A stretch of DNA of 62,287 nucleotides, the filler included, from Rhabdomonas costata (lineage: Eukaryota), in assembly GCA_019059605.1 (NCBI GenBank). It is 13 parts of 13 records of this genome, joined end to end, with 100 filler letters (N's around TTAATTAATTAA, not from the genome) between each part and the next. Parts side by side here need not be neighbours in the genome. Positions count along the whole stretch, not along the records: positions 24,023 to 28,747 come from JAHMHO010000173.1; positions 28,848 to 33,530 come from JAHMHO010000174.1; positions 33,631 to 38,432 come from JAHMHO010000175.1; 10 more parts are not named here. One strand, written 5' to 3'. The position numbers and the translations under genes were made by a program. The notes beneath the pieces are model-generated. The model saw nothing but the letters and a program-made list of their open reading frames with translations. It had not been told where the DNA came from and ran no database searches. Position 1 is the stretch's first letter. Each line of letters starts with the position of its first letter. This document shows, in pieces, positions 24,023 to 38,532 of the stretch.

Positions 24023-27000
24023 AGAAAATGACTGCTTATGACACACTTTGCTGCTGTTTTCATGTGCAAGTATTTTATATACTGAAGAAGTCACATTTTG
24101 CTCTTTGTTTCTGGTGATACCAAAGAAAAATCCCATTTGTGTTCACAACCTCTTTCCACTGCGTCAATATCGCAAAAACACTGTCATGCACTACTTTCAC
24201 CAAGACTCCCACCTGGTTCCACAACCTTCTTAGTCCAGAACTTCATTCTAACTGAATGACTGGAACTACTTATCATATAAATCTGTTCGGTCAACTTCCG
24301 CTTCTCTTTTAATGTCCTCCACGCCATCATCAGCTTCTGTTTCCACTAGTGAAAACTATTCTTCATTTGCTAGCACTGGAGCCACTTTGGATGTATTATA
24401 TACGCCTTCTTTGTGTACCCATCCTCCGCAATCAACTCATCAACTGTCCTCCACTGTTGTTCTCTCCATAAAGCATCCACAATGAATCAACCACTATGGT
24501 TTTGTTGGGAATCATATCACTTGTATGAAAATCAGTGTGATATACTCATCAAATTTCTTGTGTTCTTCGTGATCTTATTGACATGTGAAAGGGACACACC
24601 GCAGTTTTCAGCTTTCCATTTGTGACTCCAAACTTCCACTGTTAATGCCATAGTCTACTGATCATAACATACAATAGTTTGAGGTTTTTTAATTTGGTTA
24701 CTTCCTGGAACTCCATTGGTCATTAATGCAATACGCAAAGACTTCATTACGCGAATGGTAGCATGCACTGCATCTTTGTTTGCTAAGCAAGCTTGATTAT
24801 CAGTCTCTGGCAAGTCACAAGAAATACTTGATGGTATTTGCGCGTTGTTGGTTACAATATCTGCAATCACTAACACGTCTGTACACTTAACCTTCGGCAT
24901 CGTTAACAACAACTTCCGCAACATCTTCTTCAGAGTCCCGTTTGTCATCTCTGCATGTCCGCTGATTTGTAGGTTATATGGAAGCAATGTCATGAGCTTA
25001 AAATCCAGAAACTTTATCAGTTCTTTCAAAAAATGAAACTAAAACCGAATACAAATCACTCACAATGAACATTGGCAATAAACGGTAGCTCACCACCTCA
25101 CACAGAAACAGCTTTGCTTTCTGCAATGATTCATGTTGCTGTGACACGGAATAAACACAAGCATTTTCCATTTATTGTCATCACATTGTCCACATTTGCT
25201 TTTCCATAGTATCTGTGCTTTCTAGTAACAAAACAAAGTCCACTGACACCAACTCCAACTCTAGTACATGTATTTTCAAATTCAGAAAGTTTACAGTCGG
25301 AACGTGATGGTCAAACGTTCCCATTGACTGATATCACAAGTCCCAACGTACGCCATCACATTTCGCTTTCTGTTCCTGAATGTTAACCTGGTCACTACCA
25401 ATGAACCGTCTGTGGAATTGTGATACATTGAAATTTACTACTTCTGCAGATTTTCTCATCGCAACTCCGACCATGTTGCCACTTTTATTGACTCTTAAAC
25501 TCTTTAATCACTGAGCCGAAGTACTTTCTCCGAGTCTCCAATAGTACTCACACCAATCTTACTGAGGTGTCATCTTCATGATGACAGATGACAGTGAAAG
25601 TGCAGCTTCAATGACTCAGCCTCATATCTATTCAGAGTTTTCTTCCACTATCATTTATCCATTTCCACAACATCTGAGACTTAAACCTCTGAAATCTCTT
25701 CAACCAACACACTTTTGATCATGAAAGGAGTTTAGTGACAGCGCATCTGCTGCCACATTTGTTCGTCCTTGGATATGTGAAACAGTCAACTTGTACCTCT
25801 GCAACATCTCCAGCCACATCACTTGTCTGGGTGAAGTTCTAGGATTCATCTGCAGGTAACTCAACGATGATTTATCTGTTTTCACATGCACTTCTTCACA
25901 TAGCAAGTAATACATCTACTATGCCAACGTGTCCACCGGTTCCAGCATTGATTTTTGTGCACTATGTACTTTTATCTGCAATATACAATTTTCTCTAACG
26001 ACAGGCCACTAAAATAAGATTTTTGTCCTTCCACTCGAACGACAGCTCGCCAACTTATACAGCGTGTTCAAGCAGTAGTAACTAGTGCCACAGGCGTGGT
26101 TGGAGACTGCTAAGATAGTTTCATGTCGATAATTTCGAGAATTTATGAGAGTCCGTGATAACTGCACAAACCTTGTATAAAATACTGCTCAAATTTAATC
26201 CGGTATGTATTGAAGTTGACCTCCTATCATTTGTTTCCAGTGCAAAAACTAAAATTGTGGTCTTTGCTATAGTACAACCAGATCATCCAGGCGGTAAGTC
26301 ATACCAGTGTACTATGTGCTTGTGCACCTGGTAAAAAGTTTAATCTCAGAGTGTTCTGAAATCATTTTTCCTGGCCACATTGTCCAGAAAACTCTCCTCA
26401 ACACATCGCTACTCCTCATTTGAGCAGCAAAATTCCAAAACAAAAAAGCCGTGCCAAATGATTTTTAAATGGAAGACAAACTAGCTAAAAGCTTGAGATG
26501 CTTAGAGCACATGGAGGAGTCAATTTAATCTCCAGATTCGCTGTGTTTTGTGTCCTTGCTTAAGAACCAAACGGTTGCTCGTTCCAAACCACAAAACATC
26601 CCTTACGTTTAGTCATTTCTGATCCACGTATTATATTTGGACGGTACTTTCCATTTCAATTGATTGATGGCTTTCCACACCTTCCACATGCATATTCGGT
26701 GTCAATGTGGTGGTAAACCACATTGACACCAAATAGGCCTCAAATATCAATAACATTAAAATGCGTGACAGGTTGTGCGCTTGGACCCAGAAGAGTGTTT
26801 TTAATTTTCTTGTGGGTTGAATGTTGTGCAATCAAAGCAAGGTGGGTTGAAAAACTTGTCAGTAATTATACAAAGAAATATAGAGAAGGAAATAACTAAT
26901 TAACTGTCGCAATCATGAGGCAATCGCTTGGTAAGTTTGAGGAAGCGGCAAATGCTTGCATTTCCGCAGTCACCATCTGATTGTACCTCTCATAAAGGAA

Positions 27001-28300
27001 TGAAAGCATGTGGAAGAAAGAGTTGTGGCGTTGGGTGTGAATACGTCCCATTATTAGACGAAAATTGTCATTCATGAGTGGTGATCATCCCACCCGTTCT
27101 TCCGTCTTGGCTTGCACGTGACCGTGCGCCGGCTTGTGGCGCTTTTTGGCTCTGGTAACAGCGGCATCATGATCCCGTGGTGGCGCTCTCGTTTGCACAG
27201 CATCTTAACGAGAGTGGTCTGGATTCACTTTGTGGCATCAGGTGCGGTCATGATGGCTTGGAACTTCTGCAGTTGTGGGCGGGTGACATCCGCAACGTGG
27301 CGTCTCTTTCGCGGCTCAGCTGTTGCGGCTGCCTTCCTGCTGTTGTGCCTGATGTGGTTGCCCTGTGGTTCGACTCTGCGGCGCAGCAAGCCTCATGTCA
27401 GACTGCGTAGATTTGGTGCAGTCGGGTTGGTCCATGTGGCTGGTCTCGAAGTGGAAAGTGGTTGACGTGCATGGTGGATGTGGAAGCTAGAAGAGCTGCG
27501 CTGAGGTGAGAAGATGTCTCATGTGGTCTCAGCACAGCTGGATGGATGGCTTTACCCTGTCAGTCCGGCAGGCATCGCAGGTGCAACTCCAGCAAAGTGA
27601 CACCAGCAGAGTTCCAAGAATGGGCAGTTTTTCCGCAGTAATTGTAACCAACTCTGAGAGCTTAGACGTACAAGCGATACAGCTGCGTAATGTCATGAGA
27701 TGGGTGATGCTCACAAGGAACATGAGGCTCAGTGGATGCGCGGCTTCTGATGGACGAGGACTTCACACTAGGAACTGCGATCCACCATGTATGATCCTCA
27801 GAGTAAAATGGGCAGGCGGAAAAGCCAGAAAGCGCTATAAACCACATTGCAAGCTAGTGGTAATCTAGGTGCTTCCTCAGTCCGAGGTGTGTGTGGCGAG
27901 GTGCGGCAAAGGAGCCAATGGATATCAGCATGTCGGAGAGTGATTGGTTGCGGTACGTCAATGTGGGGACCGTGACAGGAGCCATCAGCTTGTAGACATG
28001 GAGGTTCTTGAATAAGTCGATGTCCAACTCCACAAATGTAACGTTGATGTTTGTAATGTATTTCTGTGACAGCGTTAGTGGTTGACACTCCAGGTCGTGG
28101 AGGTTGGCGTACATTGCAGCTAAGTTGGTGTGAGTACAGATGCTGTACCACTTTCGATGAAGGGGCAGATTGGGCAGGTCCACAGAGAAGCGCTCGTGAT
28201 GGCCAGGAGGTCTCCAGCCCCATGGATACCGCGAAGTTAGAATATGCAACAACGAAACTCTACACACCAACCCACAAATACCACAGCTAGAATTATCCAA
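24023..28300 (-). mobile_element. Degenerate Ty3/Gypsy LTR retrotransposon (pol remnants, possible gag)
   Basis: Integrase core PYNLQISGHAEMTNGTLKKMLR (24655-25029), RNase H/linker KTDKSSLSYL..SPRQVMWLEMLQRY..HIQGRTNVAADALS (25700-25915) and a YRLDDLVV RT-like remnant at ~26290. Order RT-RH-INT is Gypsy-type. Many stops and frameshifts. The gag-like ORF 27854-28300 is weakly supported; no LTR pair seen. Confidence 0.85.
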
Positions 28301-30952
28301 CCACTCAACTCATAATAGAAGAAAGATTACCAGAACCAATGAACCGAGATGCCAAACCAAAACCTCATAAATTCAACACCAAATACCAAAGCTATACCAA
28401 ATATCCCAATGTTACCTTGTACAAGCACATAACCAGCCTAGATACGTACTGAGATACCGAAAGACGAACCGCTAAATACCCACGCGAAAATACTCCCACA
28501 TAAAATTCCAAGAACACAAATGTGAAACTCTAAACCAAATGAATAGAAATTCCAATGGTATCAATGCTCAAAATGGAGGCAGCAGAGTACGACTGCAAAG
28601 ATGATAAGAATATGAAAAAGAAGAAGAATAGAAAGATGGACTCCGGAAAGCACCTAGATCCGCTTCGCTACTATTCAATACTCTCGTACTGTGTGGTCGT
28701 CTTGAAGCACGCTTGGTCCCTCGCATGCTAAGTGAATACCAAAGACCNNNNNNNNNNNNNNNNNNNNNNNNNNNNNNNNNNNNNNNNNNNNTTAATTAAT
28801 TAANNNNNNNNNNNNNNNNNNNNNNNNNNNNNNNNNNNNNNNNNNNNAATGTGGATCGAAACTGGCCTTTTTTTCATTAATGCTATGCGATTTGGTGAAG
28901 AATATAAATCAAAAGGAAAAGAAAGGAAAGTAAGAAAAGAAATTAAATTAGATGGTGATGGTGAAAATGAATTTCGGGTGCTGGGATATCCGAGAACTGG
29001 TTAATGGTACTTTTTGCCGTTCCCGGAAATGAGAAATTTGGGGCTTGTGTGAAAATGGGGTGGTAGGGTGTGATTTTGGAATGGAACATAGAAATGAATG
29101 TGCCAGGTTTTGGTGGAGTGGTGTTGCGGCGTGACAGTCAGTTGTCAGTTGGTGTGTCAGGCGATGTGTTGTCCAGTTGTTGTTGTTGTTGTTGGGGATA
29201 CCGCAGCGGGGCAGCTTGCGACCTTTTTCACTTAGCAACCCAGAATTCAGCTGTGGTCTTTGATGACAGGAGGTCCTGTCTGTTGCATTGAAGGATTTGC
29301 TTCATCGCGCATGATCGATGGTCTTGACATTTAAGCTATGACTTTCGTAGTTAGTTGAGAATGACGCGATGTACCGCATCCCCTGCTGATTTCTGGTCGT
29401 GTGCACAGAAGGACTTCTTTCACTTGAGGGCTACCTGACGTGCATCTCCGGACGAATCTGGGTTTCTGCAGATCACACGCTGACCCTGGCACCCCAAAAG
29501 TTGCGTTGGGGTGGCCCGATATTCGCAGTCTTCCTCGGGTTTTCAGTTCGCAGTGTATGAACGTCGTGAGAGCACTATCAGCCATCAAAGTGCTATCGAA
29601 TATGCCTTGTACGCCTTGTACCATGTATATCCATGGGGAGAGGTGGGGTCGTCCAAGTCAACCCCGTTCTCCTCGAACCCTTTTCGGAACGAATGTGTTT
29701 CCTTTTTGTTGTACAGTTGTTATTGTCTCCATCGTTTTTTTTTTACAACGGATCATTGCTTCGGTAAAGTATACAAGCGTTATTACGAGAGACGCTTTGT
29801 CGACTGAACCCGAGTCATTCATCTCGAAGCGTACTGAACGTTGGTAAGTGCCAACCGGAGCTATTTGTATGTTTGATGCTTTTTCTAATTGACCACAAAT
29901 TCCCTCCTCAACGCATATTCTAATTGACCACAAATTTCTTCCAAAATATGATTCCTTTGAGTTGCGAGGAGTAGTCTGAGCCTTGCCTTCTTTCCCTGCC
30001 TCAGCAGCCTCATAAAATGTATTGGACCTCTTCTCCCCCCCCCATCGTGCTTGAGGGCACCCAAATACAGCCAGCAGCTCGATTGTCACATGGCAGGTTT
30101 CATGTTTTGCTTTAGTTGTGTGGTTCGCTCTGCCCACCCACCATTTGTTCTGGTTGCTTTCCATGACAGCAGTCTCATTCTACGTGTCTCATCTCACATG
30201 CATTATTACTTGCGTTCCCTTTTTTTCTGCGCTGGTAGAAGGTATCTGGTTCGGCTGCATCCTTTTTCCTGAGCTCAGAATGGATTGGTTGCTATGCTGA
30301 GATGGGGTAAACGCGTTATCATGAGCTGTCAGTTTCCTTCGAAGTCGGAATTCCGTTGTGAACAACTCGAGTGCAACGTTTTACTGTCCAGCAGAGTTGT
30401 GGGGAGAATTGAGAGACAGGTTTCCTTTTCCTAGACGGCTTTCACGCCACCCAAGAAAAAGCAGAAAAACAGCAAAGCTTCGCCAGGGTACCAAACCTGC
30501 CGAGTAAAAAGCTAAAAGCTAAACGGTGCTATCGGCGGTTTCTGAGGGGTGGGCGGATGAAGGTGGTTGCAATTTCTGAGAGTATACCATGCACCAGTAT
30601 TGCGGGAGTTAAGGTCACTCAGGCGATGCTGATGCCTCAGCCGTCCGCATCGCAGACATACAGATCGATTGTCCATTGTTCTGCAGGCGCAGGCAAACAA
30701 ACCCAGCATGCAGAAATGAAAATACCTGAATTTTCATTCACCTTGCTATTCGCACTGCTTCTTTATGGGGGGTGCCGTCTGACGGTGCAGTCCGATTGAC
30801 AAGAGTGGTAACACTGTTTTCAAAACTAACTGGTCATGTTATCTTTTGAAGGGATGTTGGATAAATTGTTCCAGATACCCCTTGATGGAGCTGTTTGGTT
30901 TGGGCTAAAGTTCAGCTTCCCTTCAGCTTACAATAGTCCTGTTTCGTCCAGA

Positions 30953-33091
30953 ATGCCCGTGCCCGTGGGCTCTGAGTGGAGGGAGGGTGCACCACCGCCC
31001 TTCTATCCGCGCACTGTGGTGCAGAGCTCTGTGTACCCCGATGTTTGGACGCCCCCGGCCCTCTCATTGCACCAGCAGCAGGCATTGCATGGAATGGGAA
31101 AGCCAAGCATCACTGTTTAAGGGGCTATTCACAGCAATTGTCAGTCAGTGTATGGTTCGCGAAGAATAATTTGCTGACAACTTTTTCCTCATTGGCCTTC
31201 TCGTTCTCTGCCAACCCCACCTGAGGCCGCTTCCAAAAACTCTAGGTTGGGCTAGTCTTGCTGATGTTGGCGTGATGCTTTGGATTTCAGTGGGTGATGG
31301 GGGCTTCCGGAATCGTGGAGACGGTGGAAAGGGGAAAGACTTTTTTGAGACATGTGTATATTAAGTTGGGCTCTTTTTGAGTCTTCACGTCAACAGCAAC
31401 TCGCATATTGAGACCAAAATCTTTTAATTTCAAGGAAAGTCCCAAAATGTGCCTACATCTTCAATGGTCAAGTCTTGCATTTGGACTCTTCTTACCACTA
31501 CGGGTGAGCTAGAGGTCATGTTTCTTTATTAGGCTCGAACCAGCCGGGTCGTTGCCCATCCCCCGCCAGAACGAGCCCGTTCCCAGGGGCCACCAGCCCA
31601 GGCTGCACCGCAACTGCGTCGCTACCGCACCCCCCACACCCCGGAAGGGTTTTCCCAGCCCGCAGAGCTCTTCGCTGCCCGAGAGTACTTTCTGACCCCG
31701 CAGGGTGTTTATGCACCACCTGCGTTTCCGGAACAACAAGACAGACCTGCCCAATTTTGTGGTGGGGGAAGTTCACCAAAAGAGGCCATTTTTTGTCGGA
31801 CGATGAGTGGGAGAGATATTTTCTTGAGGCGACATTGCCAGCGCTTGTCATGTACAACTCCACTCGAACTTTCAGCTTCCGAGCGCGTTTGTAGACAGAT
31901 CGTTGTGTGCTTCTTTGTTTTTGGTTGGTCTCTGTCTTCCTGATGGCAGCCCCTCGCCGCGACCTCCCTAGCTCCTCTGGGCACTCCTCTGAGCACCGCG
32001 TGAGGATTTCTGGTGAGCGGCAAGGCGGTCGAGGGGGGATCCCTGCAGCCCCTGCAGCCCGGAGCGTGCACAGCGAGACACAGAGCTCATCCCTGGAGCA
32101 GGTTTTGCGCATCCAGCTTCAGTGATTCAGCGATTCATTTCATGGCGTTTGCATGGAAGTTGGAGGGAGAATGTGAGTAAGTACTGCAAGCCTGTAAGCC
32201 CGTGTATGCCTTCTGCACTCTGCTACTGAAAGTGTGAGCATGAGTGAGAGCTCGGTGAGTAACCAGTGTGCATGTACAAGGCAGGAGTTAAAGTTGTATT
32301 CAGAGCAAAAACGCTTTTGATACCTTCACATAGAGACGGCACTGCCTGCGCATGTGAGAAAATAGCTCGTTACGAGAGCGTCGTCTCTTTCGCCCGAGGC
32401 CGAGAAGGAGCTTGTTTTGCGATCACTTGCTGATTGTCGAATAAGAGGACCAGTGTTCAAAACAAAAACGTCACAACGAAACTTGTTGGTGAGCGTGGTG
32501 CGCTCTTTTTTATCCTTCAAAAGTTTGGTGTTGTTTTTCTCTGGTGCTGTTTTGCTTTGCCTCCGTTGTGTTCGAGGCAACAGGCGCACCCTTCACGGGC
32601 GCAGCCACTAGCGGTGAAGGTTGAGGGGTTGGGACGCGAAAGTGATTTCAAACTTAGGAATCTTGCAAAGTACCGGCCGCGTTAGTTGGACGTCGTCTGG
32701 ATTCAATGTAGGAACAAATTTGCGCATTACTTGGGCCTGAAACCATAAGCGCCGTTCACCGCTCAGCTCCTGCTCCCTAAGAATGCATGCAACCAATTAT
32801 TTTCCGTGCAAGATTCCAGTCACTTTGCATCGGAAGCAATCCAGAACTACTCTGTGGGAATTCGAGCAGTCCTTGTCCTTTACCCAGCTCGGGCAAAGCC
32901 ACCATTCTTGGATTTGCCAAGCAGTCCGTCGCCGGAGGTGTTTTCGCCTCAGTCGCGTGAGTACTCCTCTCTACTCCGGTGCGCAGATCCGTGAGGACGA
33001 GCTGCTGGCCCGAGCGCTGCAGGAGGAGGAAGTCATGGCCTCCAGGCTCCTTGAGCCTCCGCTGCTGCTTCTAGGTTCGCGCGTTGTCTGA
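30953..33091 (+). CDS. Pro-rich protein with MIU-like ubiquitin-binding helix
   Basis: Exons 30953-31081 (GC donor), ~31532-31704, ~31950-32012, ~32049-32101 and 32987- splice in frame; the last reads IREDELLARALQEEE. 3' end uncertain. Confidence 0.55.
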
Positions 33092-33998
33092 CGTCTCATA
33101 AACCGGTGGGTGAGTTACCGCGCTAATTGATTGGACGTTAGCCCTGCACCCAGACACGGTACAGCGTATGTGAAAAGCACTCGGTGAAGCGTCTGTTCCA
33201 CTTGTGTTTGAGCAGTATTTTCTAATTTGACCAGATTTTCAACCAGATGTTGATTTGAAGAATGACCTCTGTTGTGGATCCGGTGTCGCTTTGTTGCGTT
33301 TTGCATTGTGTGAACATAGCAGCCAGCCGGACGAAGGGTTAGTAAAACCCAAAAGCTATTACCTTAATCGAATCAGGATCCAATTGATGACATCTCAAGG
33401 GGGCATTTTGCTGCCCGAAATCGGTTTCACTCCACCTTTAAAACGTAAGAAAACTCAAAAAGAACTAGCGTCATACAAAGCTTCATACATACTAAGCTTC
33501 GTAATAATTGATATTTTGCCCAACACCCCCNNNNNNNNNNNNNNNNNNNNNNNNNNNNNNNNNNNNNNNNNNNNTTAATTAATTAANNNNNNNNNNNNNN
33601 NNNNNNNNNNNNNNNNNNNNNNNNNNNNNNTGATTATGTCTCGTTCTTCTGATGGACTTCCCGGGATGTGTTCTGACCTCGCCACATTTTACTGTATTTC
33701 TACTGCGTTCCATGATTGACGGTAATCCATATGTGTCCGGGGGGGGGCACCTGCCTTTCAGCAAAGTTTTCTTTAGGGGCGCTCAACACTTTTGACGGAT
33801 TTTTAGTTTGCTCATTTTTCAGGAGTTGATGTACTCGTTGTCCAAAACTGGGCGCATCGCTCAGGGAAGTGGAGCAAGCGCACCAAGTTACGAATGCTTT
33901 CCCCCCATACTCCGTGCTCGTACATTCAAGATTCCCTAAAGCCTGCACGAAGCAACAACATGCGAAGAACAAGAAGGTCAGAGCTAAAGGGTTCAAAC

Positions 33999-36900
33999 CA
34001 GCTTCGTCTCCAACAAGATGATGCGGTGACCGGAAGAACTTGAACCGAATCTGCCGGAGGTCGACCTTGAGTTGCGAAGCCGGGGCGGCAGTGGACGCGA
34101 TCAGCTCACAAAGACTGAGTAATGACAGCAATGGTGAAGACATTAACAACAGAGGCAGCTGGGTTTAGGTGGTGCTTGTGAAAATTTAAGCATGGTCGAC
34201 CGAAAAAAAACGAGTAGCCGTGAGGACGCAATGCAATCCTTGTCTTGAGTGGATTCTCGGTAATGGCACTGATCAAGTGCAGCACGTGTCCCTCAGCAAG
34301 GGGAGGCATCAAACAAGAGTGGTGCTTCCGATATCCACGATTCAAACAGAAAATGGAATCGAGAGAACTTTCAAGCCCCCCCCCTCCCATTCCCCTGCGC
34401 TCGATTCTCTAACCGCTTCTTGGGGCGATTTTTTTGGGGAAGGGCCTCCGCCTGAGCGATGCACTGGACATCTGAGGGGTCAACGGAGACTTGCACCCAC
34501 GGTGCACTGGACGAGGCCTTGGCACGCTTCTTCGCAGCAGCGGGCTCGGAGGGGGCAGGGGCGCCCGGGCCCTCAGAGCCGTCCACTCGGCTCAGGTTGA
34601 TCAACTCCCGAAGCTCCTTGATCGTGAACTGAGCCTGGAGAGAGGGGCATCCCAAAAATCCCACCACCGTGCCATGTCTTCCTATCATGCAACAACCGGC
34701 TCAAGTCGAATTGCTAAATGGTCCCACAAACAGACAAACAGGAATTCACAAATGTACAGACTCCAGCACATGAGTATAGCCGTCTGATCCCCTGTGAGAT
34801 GATTTTTTTGAGTCGAGAAACGCTAGGGAGAACATCTTCAAGGAATAATCCTTTACCGAGGGAAGTTTTTGAAACAAACAATATTACACCTCGTCTCTGG
34901 CTCGCACCTTTGCACTGCGCGCAGTGGCCCTTCCCGGACCCATCACCCGGTGAAGCAAGCAAGAAATCCACGCGAAATTTTTGGCTATCTCGGAAGCGGT
35001 GAGGAATACATGCCGCTTGGGTCACCTCTGGGCCACCAAGCATTCCCTCGAGAGATCGAGAGATCGAGCAGCTGGACCTGCAGAGGGCTGCGCCTAGCAA
35101 CGACAAACGTCTCTCGCACCCCCGCATTGTGCAGCTTCGCCATGGCATGAGACGCCGCGTCGGTGGTCTCCAAAAGCCCAGGGGGAGCGTTGAGCAACCC
35201 TAAAGGCAGCAGGGAGCCACGACAAGACCATGGATCCAGAACAAACAAGGAAGAGCGAGGAGAGACGGAAATTTTCTTTGTACCCTAAGCCGATGAAGTG
35301 CCATATGCTAGTGAGTGCCAGCAAGTTCATCTTCAAACATAGGCGACGTTATAACAAGGACGCCCCCTTAGCAATGCCCCTCCGTCTTCTTGAGGTTAGG
35401 TTTAGGGCAAGAGTTGGGGTTAGGGTGAGTGAAATTGCATCCCCACTCCTCTCAACAAGACCGCTCAGGGGCAACCAGCTTTCAGAGGGGTGTCCCCGAT
35501 TAAGCCTCCGAAGCTCGTTCCAACCCCAGGTCACGGGAATTGTCAGGAGAGAAAGAGAGAGAGAAACGCATACGGGCGCAGTCCAGCGCAACGTTGCCCA
35601 CACCCACGATAACGGCGTGGCGAACCTTGTCCAGGCCAAAGTCTCGGCTCTGAGAGCCCGGAAATGCATTGTACCTGGCAAAGACCAGACGACAACAGGG
35701 TACAAGGTATGACACCGATACCACGTGATAGCAAACAAGAAGAAACCCAGTAAGATGTGCATTACGGAGATCCTGAGGAGTGGGTGCGATGGCATGGTGG
35801 CAGTCTTATTGGCAGGAACGAGTTTATGAGTCCTTCCAGCTTTTTGATCTTTTGGCTTTTAGCACTATACACCGTTGAAAAAAACAGTGGCAAGCCAACT
35901 GCATAGCGGTTAAGCGGTGGGTGGCCGAAACGATGGAAAAGGACTGACCACACCACAAACATCGGCAATTGCCATTCCATTTAGGTGGCTTTCATTTCTG
36001 AACTTCTACCAAGGTTGACTGTGTGTGGACTATTTTCGAACCATTCCACGAACTCCCGAGCGCCGAAGACCCCGCGGAGGTCCTCCCCGGGAATCCCCAG
36101 GCGATTGTCCGTCTCCGCGCCGTAGCTCAGTACCACCGCGGAGTAGTGCGTGAGGAGCTCAGCGGCAGTGAGATCCTTCCCGAACGAAAAGAAGATATGC
36201 CGTGCGGGAAACAGAACCGTACGAAAGTGAGCTGTGAAGAAAGTGGGTACAGCAGTTCAGAGAAATTGCTCATGCTAAAATGAAGGTGCAGCTAACGCCA
36301 CCAACAAGAAACCACATGGTTTCGCCTCAGCAAATGCATAAGCTGGCAAGCGTTAGAGGCCCACAAATTCCACTAACAATACCCTCTCTGGTGACGAGGA
36401 GAAATCAGTGCCCGACATCCGGTTAAATTATCACTGCACTGGGCTTGACCGACCGAAATACTTTCGGAATCGATATACGCCATCATGCTTGACAATGAGT
36501 TGAAAAAAGTCAAGATATTATGTTATGCGGCACCGCAATGGTGAACTGCAAAAGAAAAGGCACACAAAAAAGACACAGCTTGCCTTTCCAACGCAGACGT
36601 TTCCCATCCATCGAGCACGATCGTCCTGCATCACTCGGCGGCATTCGATGGACGCATTCTGGAAAAGAGGGAAGACAGGAATACCAGAAAAAAAACAAGA
36701 CCAAAACCAGGCAAATCATCACAAGTCAGATGAGGAGGCAAACCTTGACCTCGGGGTGATCTGGAGCGACTCCGTACCGCAGAAGCCCAAATGGGACAGG
36801 CAGGCGCTCAAACACGTCAACTAAAATAAAACGCGCACACGGCAAGATGCAACTAAGCCCAACAAAAGGACCCAATCCCTCAGAAACAAAAAGGAAGCGA

Positions 36901-37127
36901 TAAAACTGCAACCGCTTCTCGAGTGAAAATGCATAGCACGATTACGGCGTGGAGCGAGGTGGCACACCTCTCACGTCCGGGAAACCCTTCAGAATGTCCC
37001 GGGCGCAGTAAAACCCGGCCGGTCCACTCCCCACGACAGCAACACTATGCAACAACCGTCTCCGGCAGCTCGAACCGCGGGAAGGCACTGCCAGGCACAA
37101 ACCTACATTTCTCGCAACGGACTTCAT
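33999..37127 (-). CDS. FDXR: NADPH:adrenodoxin oxidoreductase (mitochondrial ferredoxin reductase), 3'-partial
   Basis: Eight exons: [12 protein letters not shown]..; [23 protein letters not shown]; ..GNVCVGK (GC donor at 36583); [40 protein letters not shown]; ..[35 protein letters not shown]. Confidence 0.96.
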
Positions 37128-37393
37128 GCTTGCACTTGCGTAGCGACCAAAGAACTGATGAGTAAAAACGAATGCGAAGGCTTCACCCACGAAATTGTAG
37201 CGCTCAGGGGTTGGAGCTAGACGTGCGAGCACATTGCCGCAAGCTGACCAGCACTGCCCAGCATCGTATCAAAATAGAAATTATACATCGGCTTACAAGC
37301 CGTGAAACCACTAACATGAGAGGCGAGGTCTTAGGTGGAGGTCAACTGCGCAAATAAGCTGGTATACATACGAACAGAGAAGAGTCCTCGTTC

Positions 37394-38177
37394 TCAGAAA
37401 ATGGACCCTGCCTGCATTCGCTCCAGCTTCAACAGGGATGACCAAAAATTACCACAGGTGTTTTCTTCATCGTCACACTGTGGAGGCAAAGACTCGGGTG
37501 ACTCGGGTGTCATGTCACATGAGTTGCATGAAAACAAACACGGAAAAGGTATACAGCGAGGGTAAATGAAGGGCAATTGGGAAGCACAGCAGAAGTCGCC
37601 ATTGAGCCGGAACCACCCGAAGAGATAGGCTTTGCAACTTGTTTCCCAGAAACGCGTGATACGTTTCCAGGAGGAGGCGAGGAGCACCGACTGGGAGGGG
37701 GGAGGGAAGGCTTTTGTTTGTACAAAGCACCTCGCAGGGCGTCATCATCCGCAGCGACGGCTGCGGGCCAGAGTGAGCAGAAAGAGAGAGAGACCGGAAA
37801 AAAGAGATGTGCAAGGAGCCGAAAGAACATGCATAAAAGATAGAAAAGCTTCTAAAAACTGCTTGCTTCCTGATTTGCCGCCCCATTCTTTCACAGTTGG
37901 AGGAGAGAAGAAGAAAGACGCGGGCCAGAGAAGCAACGCTGCAGAGCAGGAGAGGCAAGGAGATCGTTTCGAATCACCCCGTCCCCTCCCTCCGAGCCTC
38001 ACTGCGAGACGGCCACAGGGATCGGCGGGGTAGGAATTGGCGGCACTGCACTGTCCTGAGAGAGCTTCTTGCCGCGGGCCTCGTAGACCCCCGCGGGCTT
38101 CTGCACAGTCCGTTGGGCCATAGCCAGTGACGAGGCGACCGGACCAAGCCCTCCGCACTCCAGAAGGAGCTGCTTAA
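37394..38177 (-). CDS. 3' exons of a hypothetical protein upstream of FDXR
   Basis: AG/GT-bounded segments read VKQLLLECGGLGPVASSL.., VAADDDALR, AYLFGWFRLNGDFC; no family recognised and the end is uncertain. Confidence 0.4.
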
Positions 38178-38197
38178 CCTGCAAATGGGAGCCCCCA

Positions 38198-38228
<31 letters not shown>

Positions 38229-38532
38229 AGCAAGACTGCATTTTTGCGGTTTCAAAAAAGAACACAACCACCTCAAAAGGCAATTTGCAAAAGCTACCTG
38301 TAGAGGAAAATCGGTTTCGGGGATGGGCACAACAATCAGCAAAAGGGAAGCAAGATATGATGGTGATGGAGAGGATCTGATTTGTTGCTTGACTTGGGAA
38401 CACCTGCGTTGTGTGTTGAAGTCAACCAACAANNNNNNNNNNNNNNNNNNNNNNNNNNNNNNNNNNNNNNNNNNNNTTAATTAATTAANNNNNNNNNNNN
38501 NNNNNNNNNNNNNNNNNNNNNNNNNNNNNNNN

